Assembly (NCBI GenBank): GCA_035307565.1
Contig: DATGHZ010000015.1
Span: forward strand, 24,616-88,615
Origin: a bacterium
GTDB taxonomy: Bacteria > Sysuimicrobiota > Sysuimicrobiia > Sysuimicrobiales > Segetimicrobiaceae
Direction: 5' to 3'
DNA: 64,000 nucleotides
Made by a program: the position numbers and the translations under genes. A model generated the notes under the pieces. The model did no database searches, was not told the origin of the DNA, and worked only from the letters and a program-made list of their open reading frames with translations. Below are positions 28,759-38,346 of this stretch, piece by piece. Position 1 is the stretch's first letter; each line of letters starts with the position of its first letter.

Positions 28759-30281
28759 CCGCGGATCACAGCGGCGACAGCCGGCCGCCGCGCGGCGCGG
28801 GTCCCGTCTCGTCACCGCGGATCGTCATCGTCGGCGCGGGGATTGCCGGGCTCGCGGCGGCGCTGCGCATCGCACGGGAGGCTCCCGAACTCGATCTCGT
28901 CGTCTGCGAAAGCGGCCCCCGGCCCGGCGGGGTCATTGCCACCGAACGGGGCGGCGACCGGGGCGAGTACCTCGTCGAAGCGGGCCCCGACTCGTTTTTG
29001 ACAGAGAAGCCCGAGGCGCTGCGCTTCTGCGAAGAGATCGGCATCGCAGGGACGCTGCAGGACGTTCAGCCGGCCGCGGCACGGACGTACGTGGTGTGCC
29101 GAGGCCGCCTCACCCCGATTCCCGAGGGCTTTAGGATTCTCGCGCCGACCCGGATCGGCCCGTGGCTCCGCTCGCCGCTGTTCTCATGGCCCGGCAAGGT
29201 GCGCATGGCGATGGACTGGATCCTGCCGCGCGGCGGGTCCGTGCCGGATGAGAGTGTGGAGTCCTTTGTCACGCGCCGCCTGGGACGCGAGGTGTTCGAC
29301 CGCGCGGCCGAGCCGATGATCGGCACGATTTACACGGCCGACGCGGCCGCGCTCAGCCTCGCGGCGACGATGCCGCGCTTCCTCGATCTCGAACGGCGCC
29401 ACGGCAGCGTCATCCGCGGCCTCCGTCGCGCGCGGACCGCGGTGCCGGAAGCCGCGCGAGGGCCGGCGACTTCGGGCCCCGGGGTGGTGGACCGCCGGCT
29501 GGGAGTGTTCGCTACGGCTGCGGATGGGATGCAGGCGCTCGTGGAGGCCGCGGTGGGTCGCCTTCCGGCCGGGGTTCTGCGGCTGCGAACTTCTGCGACG
29601 TCGGTGTCGCCGGTGCCCTCGGGACGCCGGTATCACGTCGCGTTGGCCGGCGGCGGCCGGCTCGAGGCCGAGGCCGTCCTTGTCGCCACGTCCGCGCCCG
29701 CGGCAGCGCGGCTACTCGGCGGCGTCGACGAAACGCTGGCCGCGGATCTCGCCGCGATTTCCTACGCATCGTCGGCGAGTGTGACCCTCGCGTACCGGCG
29801 CGCAGACGTGCGGCATCCGCTTGACGGCTTCGGTTTCGTGGTCCCACGCGTTGAGGGGCGGCCCATTCTCGCCGCCTCTTTCTTGAGCGTCAAGTTCGCG
29901 CGCCGCGCGCCTGCCGATCGGGCGCTGCTGCGGGTGTTTCTGGGGGGCGCGCTCGCGCCGGGCACGCTCGATATGGATGACGGCGGCCTCGTCGCGACCG
30001 CGCACCGGGAGATGGAGAGGCTGCTGGGCGCCGGTACCGCCCCGCGGTTCGCACGCGTGCACCGCCACCGCGACGCAATGCCGCAGTACGTCGTCGGGCA
30101 TCTCGCCCGGGTGGCCGCGATCGAGGCCCGCGTGGCGGGGCACGCCGGCTTGGCCCTCGCCGGTGGCGCCTATCGAGGTGTCGGGATCTCCGATTGCATA
30201 CGGTCAGGCGAGACGGCGGCAGATCTGGTGCTCACACACGTCCGGAGCCGGAGTGTGACTCGATCCGGGGCGCCTCGTTAA
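28755..30281 (+). CDS. hemY: Protoporphyrinogen/coproporphyrinogen III oxidase (HemY/CgoX, FAD-dependent)
   Basis: GTG 28755 overlaps the hemH stop (GTGA). Rossmann IVIVGAGIAGLAAA. hemE-hemH-hemY gene order. The 192 upstream codons of the ORF overlap hemH and are rejected. Confidence 0.85.
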   Translation: MTADHSGDSRPPRGAGPVSSPRIVIVGAGIAGLAAALRIAREAPELDLVVCESGPRPGGVIATERGGDRGEYLVEAGPDSFLTEKPEALRFCEEIGIAGTLQDVQPAAARTYVVCRGRLTPIPEGFRILAPTRIGPWLRSPLFSWPGKVRMAMDWILPRGGSVPDESVESFVTRRLGREVFDRAAEPMIGTIYTADAAALSLAATMPRFLDLERRHGSVIRGLRRARTAVPEAARGPATSGPGVVDRRLGVFATAADGMQALVEAAVGRLPAGVLRLRTSATSVSPVPSGRRYHVALAGGGRLEAEAVLVATSAPAAARLLGGVDETLAADLAAISYASSASVTLAYRRADVRHPLDGFGFVVPRVEGRPILAASFLSVKFARRAPADRALLRVFLGGALAPGTLDMDDGGLVATAHREMERLLGAGTAPRFARVHRHRDAMPQYVVGHLARVAAIEARVAGHAGLALAGGAYRGVGISDCIRSGETAADLVLTHVRSRSVTRSGAPR

Positions 30282-30329
30282 ACCGGCGGCTGGACACGTC
30301 TAAACTCTGCGCGCTCCGCTTCTTCGCTG

Positions 30330-31283
30330 TTAACTTCGTGTCGACAGGCGGGGATCGAGCGCGTCGTGGAGCCCGTCACCCGCCAGGTTGAACGACAGCA
30401 CGACAAGCGCGATGGCCAGCCCCGGTGCGAGCGCCGCCCAAAAATCGGTGAGCAGGTACCGGTAGCTGTCCGCCAACTGCGCCCCCCACTCCGGCGTCGG
30501 AGGCTGCGCTCCCAATCCGAGAAAGCCGAGCCCAGCGGCTTCAAGAATCGCTCCTCCGATTCCGAGTGAACCCTGCACGACCAGGGGCGCGGCAGCGTTC
30601 GGTGCGATGGAGCGGAGCAAGACCCACCACGGCCGTGCGCCGAGGGCCCGTGCCGCCGTTACGTACTCGAACTCCTTGATCGCGAGCGTAGAGGCGCGCG
30701 CGACGCGTGCGAACGACGGAATGTTCACGATGCTGACGGCCAGGATCGTGTTATTGAGTCCGGGCCCGCGCAGCGCCACGATGCCGATCGCGAGAATGAT
30801 GGACGGGAAAGCCAGCATGACATCCATCGTTCGCATGATCACGTTGTCGATTCGGCCGCCCGCGTAGCCGGCCGTGATCCCCAGTAGCGCCCCTGTAGAG
30901 AGCGCGCCGGCGACCGCGACGAACCCGACGGTCATCGAGATCCGGGTGCCCAGAATGACGCGGCTGAATACGTCCCGGCCGAGGTTATCGGTACCGAACC
31001 AGTGCTGCGCAGTCGGGGGCTTGAGCCGATCGAGCAGATTCTCATCATCGGGACCCTGGGGAGCTATGTGCGTGGCGAAGATCGCGACCAATCCGAAGAA
31101 TACGATCATGGTGAGGCCCGCCCGCGCATTTGCGTTGGCCCAGAAACGGCGCGCGGCCATTCGGGTCGCCGAGCGTCCGCTGCGGCGAGCAGAGAGGGCG
31201 CCCGCCGAACTCGGCCGTACGCGCTCGCGCGCTTGCTCAGGCGAAGCGGATGCGGGGATCAAGGAAGGCGTACAGCACGTCAA
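30330..31283 (-). CDS. ABC transporter permease, DppC-like (cassette 5)
   Basis: WFGTDNLGRDVFSRVILGTR and NLAGDGLHDALDPR. Start uncertain: TTG 31283 would overlap the upstream gene by 47 nt; ATG 31160 (MAARRFWANA...) is the alternative. Confidence 0.88.
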   Translation of the reverse strand: MTCCTPSLIPASASPEQARERVRPSSAGALSARRSGRSATRMAARRFWANANARAGLTMIVFFGLVAIFATHIAPQGPDDENLLDRLKPPTAQHWFGTDNLGRDVFSRVILGTRISMTVGFVAVAGALSTGALLGITAGYAGGRIDNVIMRTMDVMLAFPSIILAIGIVALRGPGLNNTILAVSIVNIPSFARVARASTLAIKEFEYVTAARALGARPWWVLLRSIAPNAAAPLVVQGSLGIGGAILEAAGLGFLGLGAQPPTPEWGAQLADSYRYLLTDFWAALAPGLAIALVVLSFNLAGDGLHDALDPRLSTRS

Positions 31284-32241
31284 CGACTAGGTTGACCAAT
31301 ACGAACATTAGCGAGAACAGCAGAATGCCGGCGAGAATCACCGGATAATCGCGGAACAGAATCGAGTCGTACATGAACCGGCCGACGCCCGGCCACGAGA
31401 AGATCGTTTCGGTCAGGATCGCGCCGGTCAGGAACGAGCCGAACTGGAGTCCGACGACCGTGACGACCGGAAGAAGCGCGTTGCGCAGCCCGTGGTGGAC
31501 CACCACAACGAGACCTGTAAGGCCTTTGGCCCTCGCCGTCCGGATATAGTCCTGATGCAGCGCGTCGAGCATGGACGCCCGTGTCATCCGCGCGATGATC
31601 GCAGTCGGAATGGATCCGACTGTGACGCTGGGCAGCAGAAGGTGCCGCAGCGCATCGCCAGCGGCCGGCCAGTTCGCCGTGAGCACGCCGTCCAATACAT
31701 CAATGTGCGTCAGCGGCGTCAACGACACGTTCACGCCGAGTTGACCCGCGGTCGGTAGCGCGTGCACGTACACGCTGAAGATATAGATGAGCATCAGGCC
31801 GAGCCAGAACACAGGGACCGAGACGCCGGCAAGCGCCACGAGCATGCCGAGGCGGTCAAAGATTGAATTCGGCTTGGCGGCGGACATAATCCCAATCGGC
31901 ACGCCCAGGCAGAGTGCGACGGTAATCGCGCCGAGCGTTAGCTCGATTGTCGCGGGGAACCGCGGGACGAACTCGTCGAGGACCCTGCGGTGGCTGTCGA
32001 GTGATTCGCCGAAGTTGCCCCGCACGGCGTTCCAGAGGTAAATCCCGTACTGAACCGGCAGCGGCTTGTCCAGGCCGAACTCGTGGCGCACGCGCGCGAT
32101 AGCGTCCGCCCCCCCGTGTTCGCCAACGTACACGGTCGCGGGGTCCCCGGGGATCAGGTGGATCATCAAAAATGCCGCCGCGGATACTCCGAGGAGGATC
32201 GGCAGTAGTGTGAGTATTCGGCGGAGGATGTATCGGCCCAT
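31237..32241 (-). CDS. ABC transporter permease, DppB-like (cassette 5)
   Basis: YILRRIL...IPGDP and EAA-loop QDYIRTARAKGLTGLVVVVHHGLRNALLP. Confidence 0.9.
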   Translation of the reverse strand: MGRYILRRILTLLPILLGVSAAAFLMIHLIPGDPATVYVGEHGGADAIARVRHEFGLDKPLPVQYGIYLWNAVRGNFGESLDSHRRVLDEFVPRFPATIELTLGAITVALCLGVPIGIMSAAKPNSIFDRLGMLVALAGVSVPVFWLGLMLIYIFSVYVHALPTAGQLGVNVSLTPLTHIDVLDGVLTANWPAAGDALRHLLLPSVTVGSIPTAIIARMTRASMLDALHQDYIRTARAKGLTGLVVVVHHGLRNALLPVVTVVGLQFGSFLTGAILTETIFSWPGVGRFMYDSILFRDYPVILAGILLFSLMFVLVNLVVDVLYAFLDPRIRFA

Positions 32242-32302
32242 CGATTAAAGATACGGAGGGGGCGCGGACCGAGGTCCGCGCCCCCGTCCCTGCGGCTGCG
32301 GT

Positions 32303-33892
32303 TTACTTGAAGTAGACCAATTCCATGTATTCGTTCGCATCGGGCTGTCCGATCAACCCTTCCACGTTCTTGCGCATCAACAGCGGCCCCCTGGCGTGCG
32401 CGATCGGAATTCTCGGCAGATCCTTCAGGATGAGTGTCGTAGCTTGCGCATACATCTGCGCGCGCTTCGCTTGGCTGGTCTCGACCTTGGCGCGGTTGAT
32501 GAGGTCGAACACCGCTGGGTTATTGTACGATAACGACGCGCTCGTGGCATCGTACTTCGGGAAGAAGAACCCGAGCCAGTCGTCGGGGTCGCCGTTGTCG
32601 CCGATCCAGCCGCCCATGTACATCGGCATCTTGTTCGTTTGCCGTTCATCTTTCAGGAACGTCGCCCAGTCCTCAGTCAGCAGATTCGCGCGGATGCCGA
32701 CCTTGCCCAGGTCGCTCGCGATTGCCGTGCCGATCTCCTTGCCGTTCGGGAAGTACGGGCGGCTCACCGGAATGTACCAGAAGTTGAAAGAGAACCCGTT
32801 CGGGTAACCGGCCTCCGCGAGCAGTTGCTTGGACTTGGCGGGATCGTACGGGATCGCGGGCGGGCTGGAGGCCCGGCCCCACATCCCCGGCGGCATGAAC
32901 TGGGTAGCGACCTCACCTAACCCAGAGTACAGCCCTTGCACGATCGCCTGCCGGTTGATCGCGTAAGCGACCGCCTGGCGGATCCGGATATCCTTGAATA
33001 GCGGATCGTTCGTATTGAACGCGAGCCAGCTGGTGTTGAATGGGGGCCGGTACCCCACCTTGAGGTTCGGATCGCTCTGGGCGACTTTGACGTCGTCGGT
33101 GTTCGGCAGTTCCATCGCGCTGATCTCGCCGGATTTGAGCGCGAGGAACCGGGCGGAGTTGTCTTTGATGACGCGTTCGATCAGGCGCTGGACTTTGGGG
33201 AGGCCCTTGCGGAAGAAGTTCGGGTTCGCCACCAGTGTCACATGATCGTCGCGCACCCAGTCGACAAACTTGAAGGGCCCGGTTCCGACGGGATGCAGGC
33301 CCAGCGTCTCAGGAGTGGGATATTGTTTCATCGATGCCGGGCTCGTCATCTGAAATGAAATGATCGTCAGGTTCTGGAGCATCGGTGAGTTGGGTTTCTT
33401 CAAGACAATCTGAATCGTGTACGGATCGACGACTTTGGCCTCTTGGAAGTAGTCATTCATGAAGGAGTCCCAATACTGGTACAGGGCGGGGTTATGCGAG
33501 TTCGCCCAACGGTCCCAGTTGATCTTAACCGCCTCGGCGTTGAACGGCGTGCCGTCATGGAACGTGACGCCCTGGCGCAGCTTGAAGGTCCAGACGAGCC
33601 CATCCGGCGAGACCGACCAACTAGTTGCGAGGTCTGGTTCGATGTCGGTCTTCCCCGGCACAGCCCTGACGAGGATATTGAAGATCTGCGTAGTGACTTC
33701 GTAGGCCTCGCCGTTTGTGCTCGTCGGGCTGTCCAACGAGTCAGCGTCCCCCGATTTGCCCCAGATAAAAGTCACGGGCGCGGCGGCCCAGCCCGTCACC
33801 GAGCCGGGGACGAACAGAACCCCGGCGATGAGCGCGGCAACAATACCAAGCGAGGTAGCCACGCGCCTCCACCCCTGTGGCGCTCTTACCAT
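32303..33892 (-). CDS. ABC transporter substrate-binding protein, family 5 (cassette 5)
   Basis: ATG 33892 lies 6 nt after GGGAGG, followed by a signal peptide. Only the C-terminal 530 aa of the 1279-aa ORF are SBP-like. This gene is visibly less GC-rich than its neighbours. Confidence 0.88.
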   Translation of the reverse strand: MVRAPQGWRRVATSLGIVAALIAGVLFVPGSVTGWAAAPVTFIWGKSGDADSLDSPTSTNGEAYEVTTQIFNILVRAVPGKTDIEPDLATSWSVSPDGLVWTFKLRQGVTFHDGTPFNAEAVKINWDRWANSHNPALYQYWDSFMNDYFQEAKVVDPYTIQIVLKKPNSPMLQNLTIISFQMTSPASMKQYPTPETLGLHPVGTGPFKFVDWVRDDHVTLVANPNFFRKGLPKVQRLIERVIKDNSARFLALKSGEISAMELPNTDDVKVAQSDPNLKVGYRPPFNTSWLAFNTNDPLFKDIRIRQAVAYAINRQAIVQGLYSGLGEVATQFMPPGMWGRASSPPAIPYDPAKSKQLLAEAGYPNGFSFNFWYIPVSRPYFPNGKEIGTAIASDLGKVGIRANLLTEDWATFLKDERQTNKMPMYMGGWIGDNGDPDDWLGFFFPKYDATSASLSYNNPAVFDLINRAKVETSQAKRAQMYAQATTLILKDLPRIPIAHARGPLLMRKNVEGLIGQPDANEYMELVYFK

Positions 33893-33976
33893 GCGACGCC
33901 TCCCTGCGGTCATAATGTGTTCAAAGCCAGAGTACATTCGGTGCCGTAATTGGCACTCCTTGCCGTGCCGGAACCG

Positions 33977-33985
33977 TGCTATAAT
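33977..33985 (+). promoter_or_regulatory. Extended -10 promoter (TGcTATAAT) for the thrS T-box leader
   Basis: TGCTATAAT at 33977-33985, immediately upstream of the T-box Stem I. No good -35 at 17 nt. Confidence 0.55.
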
Positions 33986-33994
33986 GCTCACGTT

Positions 33995-34235
33995 TGGTGA
34001 TGACGGGGACGAGTAGGCCGGCCGGCGGCCGGGAGAGAGGCGGGGTCGTGGCTGCAAACCCCGCTCGGCCGCGGGGCTGAAGACCACCCCGGAGCCGCGG
34101 GCGGACGCCGCACGCCGAAGCCCGCCGGGAGCGCCCGTGGCAGCGCAAGGAGTGTCCGCCGGGGGACCAATCCGGCGGAAAAGTGGGTGGAACCGCGGAG
34201 CCTCCGTCCCATCGGGACGGGGGCCTTCTTGTTTC
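33995..34235 (+). promoter_or_regulatory. T-box leader (tRNA-Thr responsive) with intrinsic terminator
   Basis: Stem I base GGUGAUGACGGGGACGAGUA and AGAGA box (GGGAGAGAGG). Specifier-loop candidate GAAGACCAC, with ACC = Thr followed by A. T-box sequence AAAAGUGGGUGGAACCGCGG. Terminator CCUCCGUCCC-AUC-GGGACGGGGG followed by CCUUCUUGUUU (34201-34234). Sits directly upstream of thrS. Confidence 0.85.
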
Positions 34236-34258
34236 CTGGCCGGAAGGAGATGGTAAGC

Positions 34259-36196
34259 ATGGCCGAACGGACGTCGGTCGACCACATTACAGTGCGCCTG
34301 CCCGGCGGGCAGACGCGTCCGTATCCGCGGGGGGTCACCCTGGCCGAGGTTGCGCGGCAGGCGGGGGTCCGCGACGCGCTCGCGGCGCGCGTCGACGGCG
34401 ACGTGCGGGACCTTTCCGCCCGGGTGGACCGCGACGCAAACGTGGAGTGGCTCACGTTCGCCGATCCCACCGGCCGCGAGGTTTACTGGCACAGCACTTC
34501 GCACCTGCTCGCCCAGGCCGTGCGAGAATTGTTCCCCGGCGCCAAACTGGCGATCGGCCCGCCGATCGAGGATGGTTTCTACTACGATTTCGACATCGGC
34601 CGGCCGTTCACGCCCGAGGACCTGGAGCGGATCGAGCAGCGGATGCGCGAACTCGCGGCCCGCGACCAGCCGATCGAGCGCATCGCCGTGCCTCGCCCGG
34701 AGGCCCTCCGGCTGTTCCGCGACCGGCACGATGTCTACAAGACCGAACTGCTTGACGGCATCCCCGACGACCCGGTGAGTTTCTACCGGCAGGACGGCTT
34801 TCAAGACATGTGCCGGGGCCCGCACCTGCCATCCACGGGCCTCATCAAGGCGGTCAAGTTGCTGAGCACGTCGGGCGCGTACTGGCGCGGCGACGAGCGG
34901 CGGCCGATGCTGCAGCGGATCTACGGCATCTCGTTTCCGACGCAGCAGGCGCTCGACGAATACCTGGCGCGTCTGGAGGAAGCGAAGCGGCGCGACCACC
35001 GGAAACTCGGCCGCGAACTCGGGCTGTTTGCGTCCGTGCAGGAGGTCGGACAGGGGCTGCCGCTGTGGCTGCCGCGGGGCGCGACGGTGCGCCGCCTGCT
35101 CGAGCGTTACATCATCGACCTCGAGGAGAGCCTCGGCTACCGGCACGTCCACACGCCGGACCTGGCCAACGTCGAGCTGTACAAGATCAGCGGCCACTGG
35201 GACCATTTCCGCGAGAACATGTATCCGCCGATGAAGGTGGACAGCGAAGAACTCGTGCTGCGCCCGATGAACTGCCCGCATCACATCATGGTGTACAAGC
35301 AGGGGCAGCACAGTTACCGCGACCTGCCGGTCCGCATCGCCGAGCTCGGCACAATGTACCGGTACGAGCGGTCCGGCGTGCTCACGGGCCTCGCACGGGT
35401 GCGGGCCATGACGCTGAACGACGCGCACATCTTCTGCCGCCCCGACCAGTTGATGGACGAGTTCATTGCCGTGGTCCGGCTGATCCAGCGCGTGTACCAG
35501 GATTTGGGGCTGCATCCGTTCTGGTATCGCGTGTCGCTGCGGGACCCCAACGACCGCGAGAACTTCATGCAGAACGACGCGATGTGGGAGTCGGCCGAAG
35601 GGCAGCTGCTGCGGGCGATGCAGACGCTCGGACTCGAGTTCGTCGAGGCGCCGGGGGAGGCCGCCTTCTACGGGCCCAAGCTGGACGTGCAGGTGCCGAA
35701 CGTCATGGGCAAGGACGAGACGATCTCCACGGTGCAGATCGACTTCTACCTGCCGGAGCGCTTCGGCCTCGAATACATCGGCGAGGACAGTCAGCCCCAC
35801 CGGCCCGTCATGATCCACCGGGCCGTGATCAGCACGCTCGAGCGCATGATGGCGTTTCTGATCGAGCAGTACGCCGGCGCCTTCCCTCTGTGGCTCGCTC
35901 CCGAGCAGGTGCGCGTGCTGCCGATCGCCGACCGGCACCTCGCCTACGCGCGCCGGGCCGCCGAGGCACTGCGGGAGCAGGGCATCCGCGCCGAGGTGGA
36001 CGCGTCGAGCGAGCGGACGGGACACAAGATCCGCGAAGCGCAGTTGATGAAAGTTCCGTACATGCTCGTCGTCGGCGACCGCGAGGAGGCCCAGAACGCA
36101 GTGGCCGTGCGCAGCCGTGCAAAAGGGGACGAAGGCACGCAACCGCTCGCGGAGTTTGTCGCCCGCGTTGCGGCGGAGGCCGCCGCCCGGCGGTGA
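34259..36196 (+). CDS. thrS: Threonine--tRNA ligase
   Basis: TGS, editing and class-II core recognisable: YWHSTSHLLAQA, RGPHLPSTG, FRRMNCPHH-like LRPMNCPHHIMVY, RVRAMTLNDAHIF. ATG 34259 lies about 9 nt after GGAAGGAG. Confidence 0.95.
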   Translation: MAERTSVDHITVRLPGGQTRPYPRGVTLAEVARQAGVRDALAARVDGDVRDLSARVDRDANVEWLTFADPTGREVYWHSTSHLLAQAVRELFPGAKLAIGPPIEDGFYYDFDIGRPFTPEDLERIEQRMRELAARDQPIERIAVPRPEALRLFRDRHDVYKTELLDGIPDDPVSFYRQDGFQDMCRGPHLPSTGLIKAVKLLSTSGAYWRGDERRPMLQRIYGISFPTQQALDEYLARLEEAKRRDHRKLGRELGLFASVQEVGQGLPLWLPRGATVRRLLERYIIDLEESLGYRHVHTPDLANVELYKISGHWDHFRENMYPPMKVDSEELVLRPMNCPHHIMVYKQGQHSYRDLPVRIAELGTMYRYERSGVLTGLARVRAMTLNDAHIFCRPDQLMDEFIAVVRLIQRVYQDLGLHPFWYRVSLRDPNDRENFMQNDAMWESAEGQLLRAMQTLGLEFVEAPGEAAFYGPKLDVQVPNVMGKDETISTVQIDFYLPERFGLEYIGEDSQPHRPVMIHRAVISTLERMMAFLIEQYAGAFPLWLAPEQVRVLPIADRHLAYARRAAEALREQGIRAEVDASSERTGHKIREAQLMKVPYMLVVGDREEAQNAVAVRSRAKGDEGTQPLAEFVARVAAEAAARR

Positions 36197-36231
36197 GGCG
36201 CCCGTGCGGCGGCCTGCGGCGGCGCCGCCGC

Positions 36232-36256
36232 CGTTCGGCCGGCGGAGGGCCGAACG
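36232..36256. terminator. GC-rich hairpin between convergent thrS and yceI-like genes
   Basis: CGTTCGGCC-ggcggag-GGCCGAACG, a 9-bp perfect stem. No clear U-tract on either side. Confidence 0.35.
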
Positions 36257-36892
36257 CTACGGGGCGCGCGCGACGATGTGCAGCGTGACCGTGACCGGGT
36301 CTCGTGCCACGAAGATGAACGCGCGCGGATACGGAATGCCATACTCGGCCATGCGGACCGTCGCGGTGGCGTCGGCGACGTATTCCTTCCCGAGCGCCAC
36401 GACCGCGGCGGTGAATTCCGTCTCCCGCGTGACGTTGCGAATCGTAAGCTGGCCGTGGACCGTTGTGGGAAACGCGCGGACGCCGAGACCGGGCCGAGCC
36501 GTGGCGGTGCCGGCAAACGCGACCGTCGGGTAGGTGCCGGTCTGAAGAAACGTCGTGTGCATAGCGTTGTCCCGGACCGCATTCGCGGTCGTGAGACTGC
36601 GCGCGTCGACGAGGCCGGTGATTCGAGCGGTGTAGGTCTCCCCGGCGGCCGGTGCCACCTCCACGCGGCCCGATACCTGGGTGGTATGGCCGGAGAATCC
36701 GCCGCGATTGTCCGGCACGGCGAATGTCACGGACGACTCGCCCGGAACAATCGCGAAGCCGCCGGCCGGAACTGCGGCCGTAGGGGCCGCGGCCGCGGGC
36801 AACACGGCCGGTTCCTCCACCGCGCACAGTACACCCGCTACAACCGCCGCGGCGGCAAGCCGCCAGAACAGTCCGATGCGTGTCCCCGTCAT
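36257..36892 (-). CDS. YceI-like (polyisoprenoid-binding) domain protein, secreted
   Basis: Signal peptide, then SSVTFAVPDNRGGFSGHTTQVSGRVEV...HGQLTIRNVTRE, typical of the YceI fold. Start is ATG 36892 (MTGTRIGLF) or 36940. Confidence 0.7.
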   Translation of the reverse strand: MTGTRIGLFWRLAAAAVVAGVLCAVEEPAVLPAAAAPTAAVPAGGFAIVPGESSVTFAVPDNRGGFSGHTTQVSGRVEVAPAAGETYTARITGLVDARSLTTANAVRDNAMHTTFLQTGTYPTVAFAGTATARPGLGVRAFPTTVHGQLTIRNVTRETEFTAAVVALGKEYVADATATVRMAEYGIPYPRAFIFVARDPVTVTLHIVARAP

Positions 36893-36966
36893 CGCGCGCC
36901 TCGCCCCATTCTTACCGCGGCACCGTATCGGCCGGGTCACGGCCCGCGCGTCCCCGGCCGGCTTTT

Positions 36967-37938
36967 ATGAGCGGCACGGCGGGGGTCTACCTGCTGCTCG
37001 GCGAGGAGGATCTGCGCGCCGACGAGGCCCTCCGCGCGCTGCTGCGCGACCTCGTGCCCGCAGAGGAGCGGGCGCTCAACCTCGACGTTGTCGACGCGGG
37101 CGCGGTACCGATCCAGGATGTCATCATCCGGTGCGAGACGCTGTCGTTCTTCGGCGCGCGCCGCGTGGTGGTCATCAAGGTCCGCAATCCCGAGGCGTGG
37201 CGCGCCGCCGACCAGGACGCGCTCGCCGACTACCTGAATCAGGGGCCGCCTCCGTCCGTGCTGATCGTCGTCGCGCCGAGGCTCGATCAGCGCCGCCGTC
37301 TCACCCAGGTGCTGCAGCGGACCGCGCAGGTGATCCGGTGCGACCCGCTCGAGCCGGAACAGATCCCGGCGTGGCTCGCGGCACGGGCACGCGAAGCCGG
37401 CAAGACCATGACACCGGAGGCGGCCGCGCTGTTCGTCGAGCAGGCGGGCAGCGGCCTGCGCGGCCTCGGGCTTGAGGTGGCCAAGCTCGCGGCCTACGCG
37501 GGCGAACGGGAGACGATCACGGCCGACGACGTGCGGGAGGCCGCCAGCGAGGTGGCGGCGCAGGCCACGATCTTCGAGGTCATGGACGCGGTCGGCCACC
37601 GGCAGGCGGATCGAGCCTTCCGGCTCCTCGACGCGCTCATAGCGCTCGGCGAGCCGCCGCTGCGCATCCTCTATATGCTCGAGGATCAGGTGCGCATACT
37701 GGCGCGGGTGCAGGAACTCGTGGACCGCGGTGTGCGGAATCGCGCGGACGTGCAGCGCGCGCTCGGCGCTCGCGCGTGGCGCTACCGCGACTTTCAGAAG
37801 CAGGTCGAGGCGTTCGGCCGCGTGGACGTGGAGACGTTACTCGGAATGCTGCTCGACGCCGACGGTGCGATCAAGACCGGGCAAATGCCGGCGAGGCTGG
37901 CGCTGGAGACTTTAATTGTCCGGATGAGCGGGCAGTAG
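36967..37938 (+). CDS. holA: DNA polymerase III subunit delta
   Basis: VYLLLGEEDLRADEAL...SFFGARRVVVI N-terminus. About 320 aa. holA next to a convergent rpsT is the usual Firmicutes arrangement. Confidence 0.8.
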   Translation: MSGTAGVYLLLGEEDLRADEALRALLRDLVPAEERALNLDVVDAGAVPIQDVIIRCETLSFFGARRVVVIKVRNPEAWRAADQDALADYLNQGPPPSVLIVVAPRLDQRRRLTQVLQRTAQVIRCDPLEPEQIPAWLAARAREAGKTMTPEAAALFVEQAGSGLRGLGLEVAKLAAYAGERETITADDVREAASEVAAQATIFEVMDAVGHRQADRAFRLLDALIALGEPPLRILYMLEDQVRILARVQELVDRGVRNRADVQRALGARAWRYRDFQKQVEAFGRVDVETLLGMLLDADGAIKTGQMPARLALETLIVRMSGQ

Positions 37939-37939
37939 C

Positions 37940-37970
37940 GCGCCCGCGCGGGCTCTCGCTGCGCGGGCGC
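37940..37970. terminator. GC-rich hairpin between convergent holA and rpsT
   Basis: GCGCCCGCGC-N11-GCGCGGGCGC, a 10-bp perfect stem. No U-tract. Confidence 0.35.
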
Positions 37971-37995
37971 GGAGTCGTCCGAAGCTGCCGCGGAC

Positions 37996-38265
37996 CTACG
38001 CCGGCGCGGTCGCCGGAGTCTGCGCGCCGGCCCACCGCATCAGCCGGGACTTCTTTCGGGCCGCGGCGTTCGGATGAATGACGCCCTTCCGCGCCGCGGC
38101 GTCAAGCGCGCTGATCGCGGTACGCAGCGCGTCGTCCTCGCGCCGCCCGCCTTCGCGCGCCTGTTTGACAAGCGTCTTCACTCTCGACCGGACCGCCTGA
38201 TTGCGGACCGCGCGCCGCAGATCCTGGCGCTTCCGTTTCAGGCCTGACTTCGTCCGCTTTGCCAC
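37996..38265 (-). CDS. rpsT: 30S ribosomal protein S20
   Basis: MAKRTKSGLKRKRQDLRRAVRNQAVRSRVKT...KGVIHPNAAARKKSRL. Confidence 0.95.
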   Translation of the reverse strand: MAKRTKSGLKRKRQDLRRAVRNQAVRSRVKTLVKQAREGGRREDDALRTAISALDAAARKGVIHPNAAARKKSRLMRWAGAQTPATAPA

Positions 38266-38346
38266 TCCGTCACCTCGTGTCCCAACGTGTCGGTTCCGGT
38301 TCCGCCGGTTGATGCCGCGGCATCGTGCGGCGCTTCCGGGCGACGC

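Noticed and set aside
33618-33627. Palindrome CAACTAGTTG as a regulatory site
   Set aside because: It lies inside the SBP5 coding sequence. It is mentioned only as part of the ACTAGT-core census.
33893-36142. N-terminal 750 codons of the 1279-aa minus-strand ORF (32303-36142)
   Set aside because: Only the C-terminal 530 aa (from ATG 33892, which has an SD and a signal peptide) resemble a binding protein. The rest is antisense to the T-box leader and thrS. It is the Arg/Pro/Gly-rich read-through typical of GC-rich DNA.
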